Positions 25,370 through 38,190 are shown, counted from the whole stretch's first letter. The stretch is 62,876 nucleotides of DNA, filler included, from Octopus bimaculoides (GCF_001194135.2; 6 parts of 5 records of this genome joined end to end with filler, not necessarily neighbours in it), one strand, 5' to 3'. Notes: generated from the sequence alone by a model not told the origin. Program-made: numbers and translations.

Positions 25370-28300
25370 GCACTAAAGAGTAATGGTCACACAAAGACCA
25401 CAGCTCAGATAGAGTGAAAGAAACAAGAATTCATTTGCTTCTGTGCTCTCATCAGACCTCAGATTAGCCATCTTTGAAAACAAACACAAAAAAGGTGACA
25501 AGAATGGAGACACTGATGTGAGTGAGAGATGTTTCCCTACTCCTACAGACCCAGACCCCATAAAGGAACAAAGATGAAACCATGAGTGAGAGGTCTGCCT
25601 GGGAAGGAGACACCAGTACTAATGGCCCTATCACCACCGAGGAGACAAGAAAGCTAAAAGAGGAAAGGAAAAAAGGAAGGCAAAAGCCTCTGAAAGCAAA
25701 CAAGAACAGAAAGATGATGAATAAAAAGGAAGAGAAAGAAAAACAAAAAACAATTCCCAAGAAAAATATCAAGGAAAGAAATTGCCCATGCAGGAAGGTA
25801 CTATTAGTTAAAAAGAAAACTTTTGGGCAAAAAAGACCCTGGACAATAGAAATGATATAAGAGAGAACACACCTGAGTGCCTAAGTTCTACCTGCACGAT
25901 GCCTGCTGGCATGAAGGTAACAGTGCAAACTGCCATTTCACACACCCAAAACCATACCACAGCTGCATGAGACAGGATGAAAGCTTCCCTCTAAAGGGAC
26001 CAAAGGATAAACAAAGACTCCAAACGGGTCAAAAAGATCATGCACCACTTTCACCAAAATAAGAATGTGGAGATGTAGTGCACACTACTTCCAATAGCCC
26101 TATCCAGATACAGTCATAAGGGCTGCTTCTGAGCATTCTTTTTTTGTGCATAGTGCAAAAGATTGTGCAGCCACTGACCTGGTTACATTAATTTCAGCAA
26201 AGAAGTTATCCTCACCAACATACAAGACCATCACAGCCAACAGGTACAGAGTGGCCACCACTGGCATCAGCACAGATGTCATATTGATTCTCTTACTAAA
26301 TATTAGAGGGCTATTACATGCAAGCAAGCTTTATACATAGCACTCACTCAAATGCATCTAAGACTCAATACCATTGATGCAGAAATACACATACCAAGTA
26401 TGTTATATTGTGAACTGACAGAAAAGACAGAAGTCATGCTCATGTGGCAATGTGCATCCGTGAAGACCTCATGCCCCAGGTCCTCTTGTCATACTCAAAC
26501 TTAGTGTGTGACACACTAATTATACATATAAGACAACTCGATATAGTTATATGTGCTATTTATCACCCATCAGATGCTCCAAATCACCTGGGTGTATTGA
26601 AGATTACCTTGCAAAAATAGAAGTTTTAACCAAATGAGAACAACATTTCAGTGTGCTTCTCATGTAGAATTGTCTGAGGGCCTTTTCCACTCAGAAATGA
26701 TGCAGTGCAAACAAAGACAGGTGGAATCCCTACTCAACCTTGCCAGCACATTATGTATGGATCATGTAGTACTCCAGCCAAGCAGGGCAAACAATATACT
26801 TGATTTCTGCTTCACAAGCAATATAGATCTCATCCATAATGGGTAAGTGACACTGATGCTAGTTTCAGATCATAATATAATAGAGCTGACCATGTATGGT
26901 CCAAAGGAATCCACAGACATGCAGCCTATGACAAGCACCCAAAATCTGTCTATTCTGAACTTCTATAAAGTAGACTGGAAATTAATTGAGAAAGAGCTCT
27001 TCAGACAGGATAGGTCTCAATGTCTCTCCACAGCTTGTCCCAGAGAGAAAGACTACTGCAAATAAGAATGAAATTCCTCAGGAGAGTAAAGTTTTTTGAG
27101 ACAGTATACAAAGATTGCTAACTGCCTACATAGAGAACTCAATGGTGGTGAAAAATCTTACCTGATAACAACACTGCTGGAGACTGAGAAAAATATAAAA
27201 TGCTCCCATGACAAAGAGAGAGCAGACAAAGAAGTCTGGGTTATGGAAAATATAAAATCAAACCCTAAAGCCTTCTTTAAGTTTTCCAAAGAAACTGCCT
27301 CAATGCTTTTCAGGGTGGGGCTACTTCTCCAAAAATATGGCCCCCTTATAAAAATTGCAATGAAAACAAGTGAAACACTGGGCAAATAATTCAGAAGTAT
27401 TTTCACCCTCCCTTATGGCACATGCAAGTCAGCAAACATGTAGAGTTCTTTACCACTACAGATATCAAAAAAGGAGGTAGTAACAATTGGTTACATTGAT
27501 ATAAAAGATGTAACATTGGCCATAGACAGAATAGACCTGAACTCAACTGCTGGCCCTGATGTTTTCCCAGCAATCCTTCTAAAATTGTGTAAACAAACCC
27601 TGGTGAAAGCACTGCAGTCTCTCTTCCAGATTTTCCTTTGCGAGTTGCAAACTTCCAGGCAAGTTGAGGGAAGGAATAACATACTATATTCATAAAGAAG
27701 GTAGCAGAGTAGATGCCAAAAACTGTAGGCCTATCACTCTAACCTTGCATTTCAACAAAGTTATGGAACATAGTCTGAAGGAACCTAATCACATTTCTTG
27801 AAGAAAATTACTAGCTGACTGACACCCAGCATGGTTTCCGACCAAGAAGAAACTGATAGACACAGCTCTTACAACACAATGGGTGTTGAAACAGCTGCTT
27901 AACCACTCAAATGTGAATGTAATATATCTTGACTTTGTGAAGGCCTAAAGTTGATCATAGAATAATATGTCATGAATTGTGTGATTTCAGCATAGTTGGA
28001 AAATAATGAGTGGTGGCCCATGATGCACTGTCTTGGGGGGCCTCTGTTATTCTTAGTTGCCCTCCTAGACATGCTCTCACCCACAGAGGACCACCATCAT
28101 GAGCTATGCAGATGACACAAACGTTTCACAGGTAATATAAGACTAAAGATAGCATGCACCTGCAACAAGAGTTAAATGCAATATACAAGTGGGCTGATGA
28201 CAATAATCTGCAGTTTAATACTGGAAAGTTCCAAGCCCTTTGCTTTCAGCTGACAAAGTTAAATGCAATGCAGACAAAATACACTGGACCTGGAGAGATC

Positions 28301-29036
28301 GCAGTTCCAGAATCACAATCAGTGTGTAACCTGGGCATTGACATGAGTTGTGATGCATATTACTAAGTTGGCAATGAAATACAGGCAGCTGACCATATGG
28401 ATTCTTAAAGCTTTCAGAGCAGGAAACCATAATGGCTCTCTGGAAACATTGACTATTGCTTCCGACTATGGTCACCATACAGTGTGAAATAATAGCAGAA
28501 CTCAAAGCAGTCCAGTGAAGCTACATAAAAATAATCTCAATGCAGCAAATTAGCTACTGGTAAAGACTCAAGAAGTTAAGACTTTACTCTTTGGAATGAA
28601 GGAGAGAAAGATATACTGTAATATACTTCTGGAAGATCCTAGGACTTGTCCCAAACTTTAGCATTGAAAGTTATACAAACACCAGAACAGGGTGCCATTG
28701 CATAGTGCCTAAAATTTCACCCCTGTTGTCAAAGTACAGGCCTGGATACAGCAAAAGATTGGAGTTCACAAGAGCTCACAGATCTTCAATATCCTTTTGA
28801 AGGAGCTTAGAAACCTACATGGTGTGGATGTATGTTTTCAAAACTAAACTGGATCTCCTGCTGTCAAGAGTCCCAGATGAGCCAACTTCATGACAGGAAG
28901 CAGAAATGAGAGCAGCAGCATCAAACTTCCTCATTCACCAAATGCTCACTATTAAAGGAGGATTAATGAAAATGTAGTAACATTAGTTGGTGGTGCTGCT
29001 GCATAACCACAGCCCTTGAGCTGAAACTAGTGAAAG
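25370..29036 (+). mobile_element. Near full-length decayed CR1/L2-like LINE (ORF1 + APE endonuclease + RT) in an MCT intron
   Basis: LLNIRGL, PSRANNILDFCFTSN (APE); AGPDVFPAILLK, RPITL, QHGF, IYLDFVKA, YADD, LNAIYKWADDNNLQFN (RT); many stops and frameshifts; the 5' boundary is approximate. Confidence 0.88.
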
Positions 29037-29105
29037 CTATATGATTTGTTATATTTATGAATTTGTTTTGCAAGATTCCTGATATGAAATTGTGTGTTGA
29101 AACAG

Positions 29106-29463
29106 ATATTGTTATATTTCGGGATAGTCATTTTTTTTTCTTTTTTTCCTTGCCAAATAAACACACTCACTATATATTCATTCTTCACTCATTTATTATT
29201 GTTCTTATTTCATTTCAAGTCCATTGTCTGGAAATCTTTCGTCATACATCTGTGGTTTCTCCAGTGACTCTTCCATGTCAGGACAGGAGAAAACATGTGA
29301 GATGGAAGAGTTGCTGAAGAGGTCACAGATGTGTGATGAAAGATTTCCAGACAATGGACTTGAGATGAAAAAATAATAGTAAACAAGTGAAGAATGAATA
29401 TATAGTGCATGTGTTTATTTGGTAAGAGAAAAAAAAGATAACCATCCTGAAATATAACAATAT
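29106..29463. repeat. Fold-back: ~170-bp arms (29106-29280 / 29298-29463), 17-nt loop; PLE-like
   Basis: aagtccattgtctggaaatcttt vs aaagatttccagacaatggactt, continuing outward; right arm has CTGAAGA-ggtcaca..tgtgat-GAAA. Confidence 0.92.
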
Positions 29464-29751
29464 ATGATTTGATAAAGCACATAATGTTTGCCATTAACTG
29501 TTGACTAGGTACATAAGAATATAAAACTATTGTCATTGTTTATTTCTAGACAAAGCAAATTAATGGTTGTTCATTTCATTTTCTTAATTATAGTCCTTTA
29601 CAGTAAGAAGGCTTTTCAACTGTAAAAGTATATGTTCCTAAAACTTAGCATTTTTAACTTTTCCAAATTCTTTCTAGTGATGGAAATTTAGTTCTTTGTA
29701 TTGTGAAAATCAAACTAACTCCGAAATTTATTTTTTTATCTTAAACTATAG

Positions 29752-30035
29752 GGTTGCTCTCGGCGTGTTACTTCGATTAACAGGGTGGAGATTTGTGTAT
29801 ATATATACAATTGTCGCAATTGGATTTGGAATTTCTATGTGTATTTCAACTGTTCTTAGTTCTTATGAATTATTAGCAGTGTGCACTTTATTTGTGGGTC
29901 TGTTCCATGGAGGTCCTTGTGGATTATATCCTATTATTATTTTGGATTTTGTTGGTCCTGAGAAATACAGTTCTGGTATTGGTATTACTGAAACAGCAAA
30001 TGGCATGATTACCATCATTGAAGGGTTTCTAACAG
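29752..30035 (+). CDS. SLC16/MCT-like transporter, internal exon C (approx. TM8-TM11)
   Basis: (R)VALGVLLRLTGWRFVYIY...LFVGLFHGGPCGLYPIIILDFVGPEKYSSGIGITETANGMITIIEGFLT(G); AG at 29750-29751, GTAAGG donor; phase 2-1 matches exon B. Confidence 0.93.
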
Positions 30036-30596
30036 GTAAGGTAACTTCCAATGTTTTTAAAGATCTTTTTTTGTTGTATAGAAGTAGTCACAATAAGTTA
30101 TGTTCAAACTGTTAAATAATACAAAATTAATAGATTGAATGTTAAGAATTGTCCGTTGTTGTTTAACACCAGGTGTGACCTGCAGTGAGTCAAAAGCTGG
30201 GTGAATGACTAGGTGCAACTCACAAATTTATTATTCCAGAAATATACAATGTCTAACTGAGGATCATACGTCTTACATCAAATACACAGAATTAATTATA
30301 CTGGGTATAATATGACAGTTTGGACACATTGTATTCTCTTCACCTCAGTTTCTTTCTCTATGCCTAATGCTGCTTTACCTGATCTAGCAGAATTAAATAT
30401 TCCAGCTGTGATCGTCTTCTGTATTTTGTATATCTAAAACTGCATTCAATATGTCAGTTCAATATGTCCTTTATTCTTTAAAATGTAGGTTGGTGTGATT
30501 TGAGGGAATCTGGCTGCTATTTCTTAAAAAATAACTCAATATATTGTATACAATATGTATTTTCTAGTGTGGTTATTTTAAATACAAGCAATTAAA

Positions 30597-30640
30597 TATT
30601 GGGTCATCCCATAAATAATGTTTTTTTTTCCACTTGCATG
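30597..30640 (+). mobile_element. Solo mariner terminal inverted repeat
   Basis: tattgggtcatcccataaataatg, same as the end at 4596. Confidence 0.65.
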
Positions 30641-30763
30641 AACTGTAAGTCGGAAGGGGATGGGATAAAGTACCTGCATTAACTTGCTATAAAAACAGGC
30701 AGTAATTTTACCTTGTACATGGTCTTAGTGCAAGTTTTGAAGAGTGCAGTTTGATTTTAACAG

Positions 30764-30807
<44 letters not shown>

Positions 30808-30907
30808 NNNNNNNNNNNNNNNNNNNNNNNNNNNNNNNNNNNNNNNNNNNNNNNNNNNNNNNNNNNNNNNNNNNNNNNNNNNNNNNNNNNNNNNNNNNNN
30901 NNNNNNN

Positions 30908-33900
30908 AGAAGAATATCATAAAAGTGGTCCTTCTGTTCATTTGGTAGGCCCGCTTGAGGGGCAATAGGAAAAGATAATTGTCACTATACTGTTCTGTAA
31001 GACTAGCCTAAGCTTAAGCACTCTATCACCCACTTTGATTACCTCTATGACTTTATCCACCCATTTCTCTGCAAGAAGTATGTCCATGCCACCTACCCTA
31101 TCACTGTTACCTTCCAAGAAGATTTTATTCCTATGTGTCTTGCCTGTGAGGAACCTGGCTGAAGCTCCTCTCCACCTTACCTCTTGGATGCAAATAACCT
31201 TTTGATATGCAACACAAACTTCAGGAACTAGCCAGCCGCCTGATAATCTACCAATCAGGTTCATGTGCTAGCCAGATTGATTGTGTTCTTACCAGACAGC
31301 AGGATGCATGATTGCTCCTAAATACAAAGACCCTCCCTGGTGAAGAATGTAACCCACAGCATAGACTAGTCATTAGTGACTTTAGACTCCAGACCAGAAG
31401 GATGCCAAGAAGTAAATCAATCTGGAAAAGGATTTGGAAGCTTAAGGATCCTTCATATAGTCAGAGATTTAGGGACATTCTAATTGAGAAATTCAATGAA
31501 AGGGAGGAGGAGCTACAGATTTGTGACATAGAGGGCAACTGGGGAATTCTTGAGGGATGGCTTGCTGATTGTCACAGACCAAATCTGTGGCTGGTGCAAA
31601 GTTCCATCCAAACCTAGGGTAACGTGGTGGTAGAACGATGTGGTAGACAAGGTCATTGGAGCTAAGAAACAGGCCTGGAAGTCCTGGAATAATGTGGTTA
31701 GCAGGGAACTGTATCAGATTGCCGGAAGGGATGCTTGGAGACAAGAATATCTAGCCAAAGGAGAAGCAGAAAAGAAGGAGTTTGCCTATGTTCAGCGACA
31801 TGAGGACCAAAGTGTGTTAGAATGTGTGAGAGAAGATCATGATGTCATAGGAGAGAAATGTGTCCATATGGATGATGGTACATTTGCATCTAATGATTCA
31901 TAATGGAAATGCTATTATGAAAGACTGCACTTGATTTTAATGAGTTTGCAAAGAGAGAGGCTTGGAGATGCCGTTAAAGACTGCTGAGCATGGCGAGTGA
32001 CTGGGAGTAGGAGAGTCTGCCAAATGTTGACCCAACAGAGGGACAAGCTTTCCGAATTGACAGTACCCTGGTAGATAAAGCATTTAAGGATATGACGACA
32101 AGGAAAGCCCCTAGCCCATCAGGAATCACTGCTGAGATGCTTAAAATATCTAGCGGTGTAGGCTATAGTCTAGTCACCCGTATAGTCAACCAGGTGATAT
32201 GTGAAGGAGTGATAACCAATGACTGGTGTAGCAGCACCATAGTCAAATGCTACCAAGGTAAAGGTGACGCATTAGATAGGGATGATTGCAGAATCTTCAA
32301 ATTGTTGGATCAGATGATGAAAGACATGGAGAGAATCATAGCCCAACTAATTAGGGAGAGAATGAGTTTAGACAAGATGCAGTTTAGGTTTGTGCCAGGG
32401 AGAAGCACCACTGATGTTATATTTCTGGTAAGGCAACTGCAGGAGAAATACATAGCCAAAGATTAAACTCTGTAGTTGGCTTTTGTTGACTTAGAGAAAG
32501 CTTTTGACTGGGTCCCCCGATCCCTTATCTGGTGGTCAATGCAGAAACTAGGGATAGACAAGTGGTTGGTGAGAGCTGTACAAGCCTTGTACAGGGGCAC
32601 TGCCAGTAAGGTGAGGGTGGGCAACGAATATAGCAAAGAATTCAGGCTACAAGTAGGGGGTTCAACAAGGATTGGTGCTCTGCCCCCTCTTGTTCAGCAT
32701 AGTCCTCCAAGTAATAACAGACGAATTCAAGACAGCCTGCCTCTGGGAGCTCCTCTGTGCTGATGACTTTGCTTTTATAGCTGAATCATTACGTGAGCTA
32801 GAGAGGTTCCAGGTATGGAAACAAGGTCTAGAATCAAGTTAACTTAGCAAAAACCAAAGTCATAGTAAGTAGGAAGGCAGACAAATCACAAATCCCCTCA
32901 GGTAGATGACCTTGCACAATATGTAGAAATGATATAGGTAGAAACTCCATAAGATGTACCCAGTGTAAACTTTAGACACACAAAAGGTGTAGCAACATCA
33001 AAGGAAGGTTAACAGAGAAATTAACTTTTGTATGTTGATGGTGCACAGGCATAATAAATGCTGAACGTGTGGAAAACAGACTCCATCAACTGCCATGGGG
33101 GCAAGCTAGAGGTAGTGGATAGCTTCCGGTATCTAGGTGACCAGGTTAATAGTTGGGGTGATTGTTCTGAGAGTGTAGCTGTGAGAATAAGATTAGGTTG
33201 AGCAAAGTTCAGAGAGCTCCTACCCCCAATGGCAAAAAGGGCCTCTCTCTCAGAGTGAAAGGCAAATTGTTTGATGCCTGTATGCAAACAGCTATGCTGC
33301 ATGGCAGTGAAACATCAGCTATAACAGGCATGAGAGACATGAAGCCAGTATACTTCACTTGATGTGTACTGTCAGTGTGCATGTTTGACAGAGTGTAAGC
33401 ATCTTGAGAGAAAAGTTAGGCATAAGAGAAATCAGATGTGGTGTGCACGAGAGACGACTGTGCTGGTATGGTCGTGTGATGCGTATGGATGAGGACAGTT
33501 GTGTAAAGAAGTGCTAGTCTCTAACTATGGAGGGAACCTGTGGTAGAGGTAGACCCAGGAAGACATGGGATGAGGTGGTGAAGCATGACCTTCGAACTTT
33601 GAACCTCACCTAGGCAATGACTAGTGATCGAGTGCTTTGGTGATGTGCTATGCTTAAGAGGACCCATCGAGCCAAATGCACCCATGCTGGTGGCACATAA
33701 AAAACAAAAATCAATCTTTGAACGTCGGGCCTCACGGAGGCAAAGTGACTAAGTACTTTTTAAGTGTTGGGCCTGATAGAGGCAAAATGACTGAGTTCTT
33801 TTCGAGCATTGGGCCCCATGGAGGAAAAGTGGCAGAGTTCCTTTCTGGTGTTGGGCTTCACAGAGGTGAAGTGGCTGAATTTCTATCGAACGGGCCTCAT

Positions 33901-34278
33901 GGAGGTGAGGTGGCTGAGTTTCTTTCCAGTGTTGGGCCTCATGGAGACAAAGTGGCTGACCTTCTTTCGGTGTTGGGCCTCACGAAAACAATGACCAAGA
34001 CCATTGGCATTATGTTGTGCTAGTGAAGAACCATTAAGCCAAGCAAAATCATAGTCATGTCAGATACCAGTGTCATGCAAATGGCACCCATGCTGATGGC
34101 ATGTAAAGCATCCTTTGCAATCTCGGAGTGGTTGGCATTAGGAAGGGCATCCAACCATAGAAAATCATGCCAAATCAGACTGGATCCTGGCGCAGCCATC
34201 CAGTGTGCCAGCCCAGTCAAACCGCCCAACCCATGCCAACAAGGATAAAGAATCTTAGTTGATGATGATGATGATGAT
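30908..34278 (+). mobile_element. RTE-like LINE, long decayed copy with inverted endonuclease 5' part (30908-~31268 on - strand)
   Basis: Minus part IQEVRWRGASARFLTGK...; plus part SQID, KAPSPSGITAEMLK, QFRFVPGRSTTDVIF, AFVDLEKAFD, LLCADD; 3' UTR and (GAT)n tail. Confidence 0.93.
33722..33985 (+). repeat. 42-bp tandem array (~6-7 units) in the RTE 3' UTR
   Basis: gggcc anchors at 33727, 33769, 33811. Confidence 0.9.
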
Positions 34279-34858
34279 ATATATGTGTGTGTGTGTGTAT
34301 ATATATGTATATTTATATATATATATATATATATGCACATACATACATACACACACACACAGATATGTATATACACATATATAAATATATATGTATACAT
34401 CCATATACATATACACACACATACGTATATATATATATATATATACATACATATATATATACATACACACATCTATATATAGTCACACATATATCTACAT
34501 ACATATATATATAATATAATATAGGATAAATTCTTTATAAGAATTTATCAAGTAGTCAGCGTGAAAAAACCTCATAATGAAAAAATATCGAAAAATTTCG
34601 TAATGAAAAGATTCACCGTTTCTTCATAGATATATTTAAATATATATAAAGGGCATTAACTGTGTATTAATGCCTCACGCTATCGAGGGACTAAATAAGT
34701 AAAAAAAACTACCAAAAATAAGTAACATATTTACCGAAAGCGAGGGAATGCAGCTTTTNNNNNNNNNNNNNNNNNNNNNNNNNNNNNNNNNNNNNNNNNN
34801 NNTTAATTAATTAANNNNNNNNNNNNNNNNNNNNNNNNNNNNNNNNNNNNNNNNNNNN

Positions 34859-34893
<35 letters not shown>

Positions 34894-35766
34894 TATACCT
34901 ATTATATGTTTGTATACATACATATATGCACATGCATGTATATGTTGTATATATTGATAATATATAAGACATCATACTTATACATCTCGAGAAAATATTT
35001 CCTAGACACTCAACTACACATCCACGTGCATTTATCTAACAGCACTTGCTTTCACTTTGCACATACACTCTCACCACACAACACTACACACCCTCACACA
35101 ACACACATTCTTACACAGTGACACCCACATACAGACACACACAAAAAAACACACACGACAACTACAAAAAACACTAAGAACAAAAGCTTTTCTATATAAA
35201 ACGTTGTTATTAAGGTAAGGTAGAAGGAATAAGATCTACCATTTCGGTGTTAGTGGTTGATCGTTGTTCCTTGACGTCAGTCAATTTATCTTGGCTTATG
35301 GCTTCCAGGAGATGTTAAATTGGCATTAAATATGTTATCAAACGCGGCAAACAGCTGAAAGCCGGCGAAAGTGAAAGTAGAGAGATGAAAACGGCGCCCA
35401 TTTGTCATTTGCTTACCTTTCATTACAGTGAAGATTCTCAACGCCTGCTGGGATAAAATGTTAGATTAGCTGAACGTACGTACGTACGCGTACTTTCGAT
35501 GATGATGATGATAGTTGTGGTGGTGTTGTTGTTGTTGTTGGTACTGGTAGTGGTGGTGGTGGTAATGTTGCTGTACGTGCGTCAACGCAGATCGATGGAC
35601 GGATGGATGGATGAATAAATAAATAAATGGCGGAATGTAGAATGCGGAAGATAACAGGATAAATGAAAGATAAACGGTTCGGAATATGCATACATATACA
35701 TTTATATATACATACAAACACACACACACATACATAGCTATATATACATACATTTTTGTATGTATT

Positions 35767-35805
<39 letters not shown>

Positions 35806-36673
35806 NNNNNNNNNNNNNNNNNNNNNNNNNNNNNNNNNNNNNNNNNNNNNNNNNNNNNNNNNNNNNNNNNNNNNNNNNNNNNNNNNNNNNNNNNNNNNNN
35901 NNNNNNNNNNNNNNNNNNNNNNNNNNNNNNNNNNNNNNNNNNNNNNNNNNNNNNNNNNNNNNNNNNNNNNNNNNNNNNNNNNNNNNNNNNNNNNNNNNNN
36001 NNNNNNNNNNNNNNNNNNNNNNNNNNNNNNNNNNNNNNNNNNNNNNNNNNNNNNNNNNNNNNNNNNNNNNNNNNNNNNNNNNNNNNNNNNNNNNNNNNNN
36101 NNNNNNNNNNNNNNNNNNNNNNNNNNNNNNNNNNNNNNNNNNNNNNNNNNNNNNNNNNNNNNNNNNNNNNNNNNNNNNNNNNNNNNNNNNNNNNNNNNNN
36201 NNNNNNNNNNNNNNNNNNNNNNNNNNNNNNNNNNNNNNNNNNNNNNNNNNNNNNNNNNNNNNNNNNNNNNNNNNNNNNNNNNNNNNNNNNNNNNNNNNNN
36301 NNNNNNNNNNNNNNNNNNNNNNNNNNNNNNNNNNNNNNNNNNNNNNNNNNNNNNNNNNNNNNNNNNNNNNNNNNNNNNNNNNNNNNNNNNNNNNNNNNNN
36401 NNNNNNNNNNNNNNNNNNNNNNNNNNNNNNNNNNNNNNNNNNNNNNNNNNNNNNNNNNNNNNNNNNNNNNNNNNNNNNNNNNNNNNNNNNNNNNNNNNNN
36501 NNNNNNNNNNNNNNNNNNNNNNNNNNNNNNNNNNNNNNNNNNNNNNNNNNNNNNNNNNNNNNNNNNNNNNNNNNNNNNNNNNNNNNNNNNNNNNNNNNNN
36601 NNNNNNNNNNNNNNNNNNNNNNNNNNNNNNNNNNNNNNNNNNNNNNNNNNNNNNNNNNNNNNNNNNNNNNNNN

Positions 36674-36705
<32 letters not shown>

Positions 36706-37347
36706 CTAATTGAAAGATGCTTGTGCCATCTTAACTTCTCAAGGCAGATTCCCTGCAGTTTTTATGGAGAAACGATTTTGTCTAAAGCTGAGACTTCGAA
36801 TCTACCTAGGGTTATCTCGCTTCACTGTTTCCAATTGAGGCCGGTTAAAAAGCGAGAAATGCGACTGGGAAACCAGTAGAGGGAACCATTGTGCAGGTTT
36901 GTTGTTTTTCCTTAGACCTTTTACCGGAAGAGAGAATTTTTTTTCTCCACAGCACTGTAGTTAGTCTGCCTTTAGAATTTCAATAATAAACAAACATTTT
37001 CTAATGACGTAAAATCCGTTCAATCTTCGTCATTGCTTGGCACTGGTTCTGCTATTTTCATTCTGACCAGGCGGTTCACGGGCTCAACCCTGTTATTAAT
37101 GTTGATTGTTTTGAGATAAAATGTATGGCTTGGCGTTTGCCAGGGTTATCTCCCTTCAGTGCTTCCTATTGAAGAAAGTTAGGGAGCCAGAAACACGTCT
37201 AGGCATATATAGTGCTTCTTTTCATTTTTGGTTTTGACCTTTCATCGTAAGAGAGAATTGTGTCTCTACCTTAACTACAGTGGACATTCCCTAGGGAATT
37301 TCGAGTATATCACAAACATATTTGAACTCACCAAAGGTGCGTACATA

Positions 37348-37400
37348 TACAGCTTCTCGACTTACGACCTATGCGACTTACGACCATCGATTTTCGGACG
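37348..37400. mobile_element. Possible Tigger/pogo-like MITE terminus
   Basis: TA + cagcttctcgacttacgacc with an internal repeat of cgacttacgacc, resembling Tigger-type termini; partner end not found. Confidence 0.4.
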
Positions 37401-37539
37401 TTGGGTAGCTGTGCGTGCGACAACTATAGCAGCATCTAACAAAACAGGCCCCATTTAGACCCAGGCATCCAGTACCTATCGCTGCCTCTCAATAGCTTTC
37501 AAGCTTCAATTGCGTTTGAATGAAAATAGTGTTGAACAA

Positions 37540-37645
37540 TTGCCTATACAGGGGCTCTGTGCGCTACATGTCCGATGTAGAGTTTTGCTTAAGAACACAA
37601 CGCATTGCCTGGTCCGGGATTCGAAACCATGTGCCCAAATGCAAC
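37540..37645 (-). mobile_element. tRNA-derived SINE head fragment
   Basis: Reverse complement ggtttcgaatcccggaccaggc (B-box) followed by ttgtgttcttaagcaa. Confidence 0.6.
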
Positions 37646-37763
37646 CCGATAACCTCTACATCACGCATTTTACCAACATATATATTTATATGTGCTTGTG
37701 TGTATGTGTGTGTTTATATATATAATATATATACATATATATATATACATATAATATAATATA

Positions 37764-37798
<35 letters not shown>

Positions 37799-38148
37799 NN
37801 NNNNNNNNNNNNNNNNNNNNNNNNNNNNNNNNNNNNNNNNNNTTAATTAATTAANNNNNNNNNNNNNNNNNNNNNNNNNNNNNNNNNNNNNNNNNNNNTG
37901 TGTGTGTGCATTGTGTGTGCGTGTGTGTGTGGGGGTCCAAGGAAAATGTTGACAGTGATTTCAAAGTTTGATTGGTGATTGGTTTCTTTGAAGTCAGCGC
38001 CAAAATTTTCCTCTGAAAAATAAATATAATCCTTTATTTAACGTACCGAGTGCTATTTCAGTTAATGTTTCATTGGTTTAATGTATGATTGTATTAAACA
38101 AAGCCCATAATTTCATATCTGTATGTGTTTGTGTTTGTGTATACAAAC

Positions 38149-38190
<42 letters not shown>

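Noticed and set aside
33722-33985. CRISPR-like appearance of the 42-bp and 66-bp arrays
   Set aside because: Head-to-tail tandem units with no unique spacers and no cas genes; eukaryotic retroelement context.
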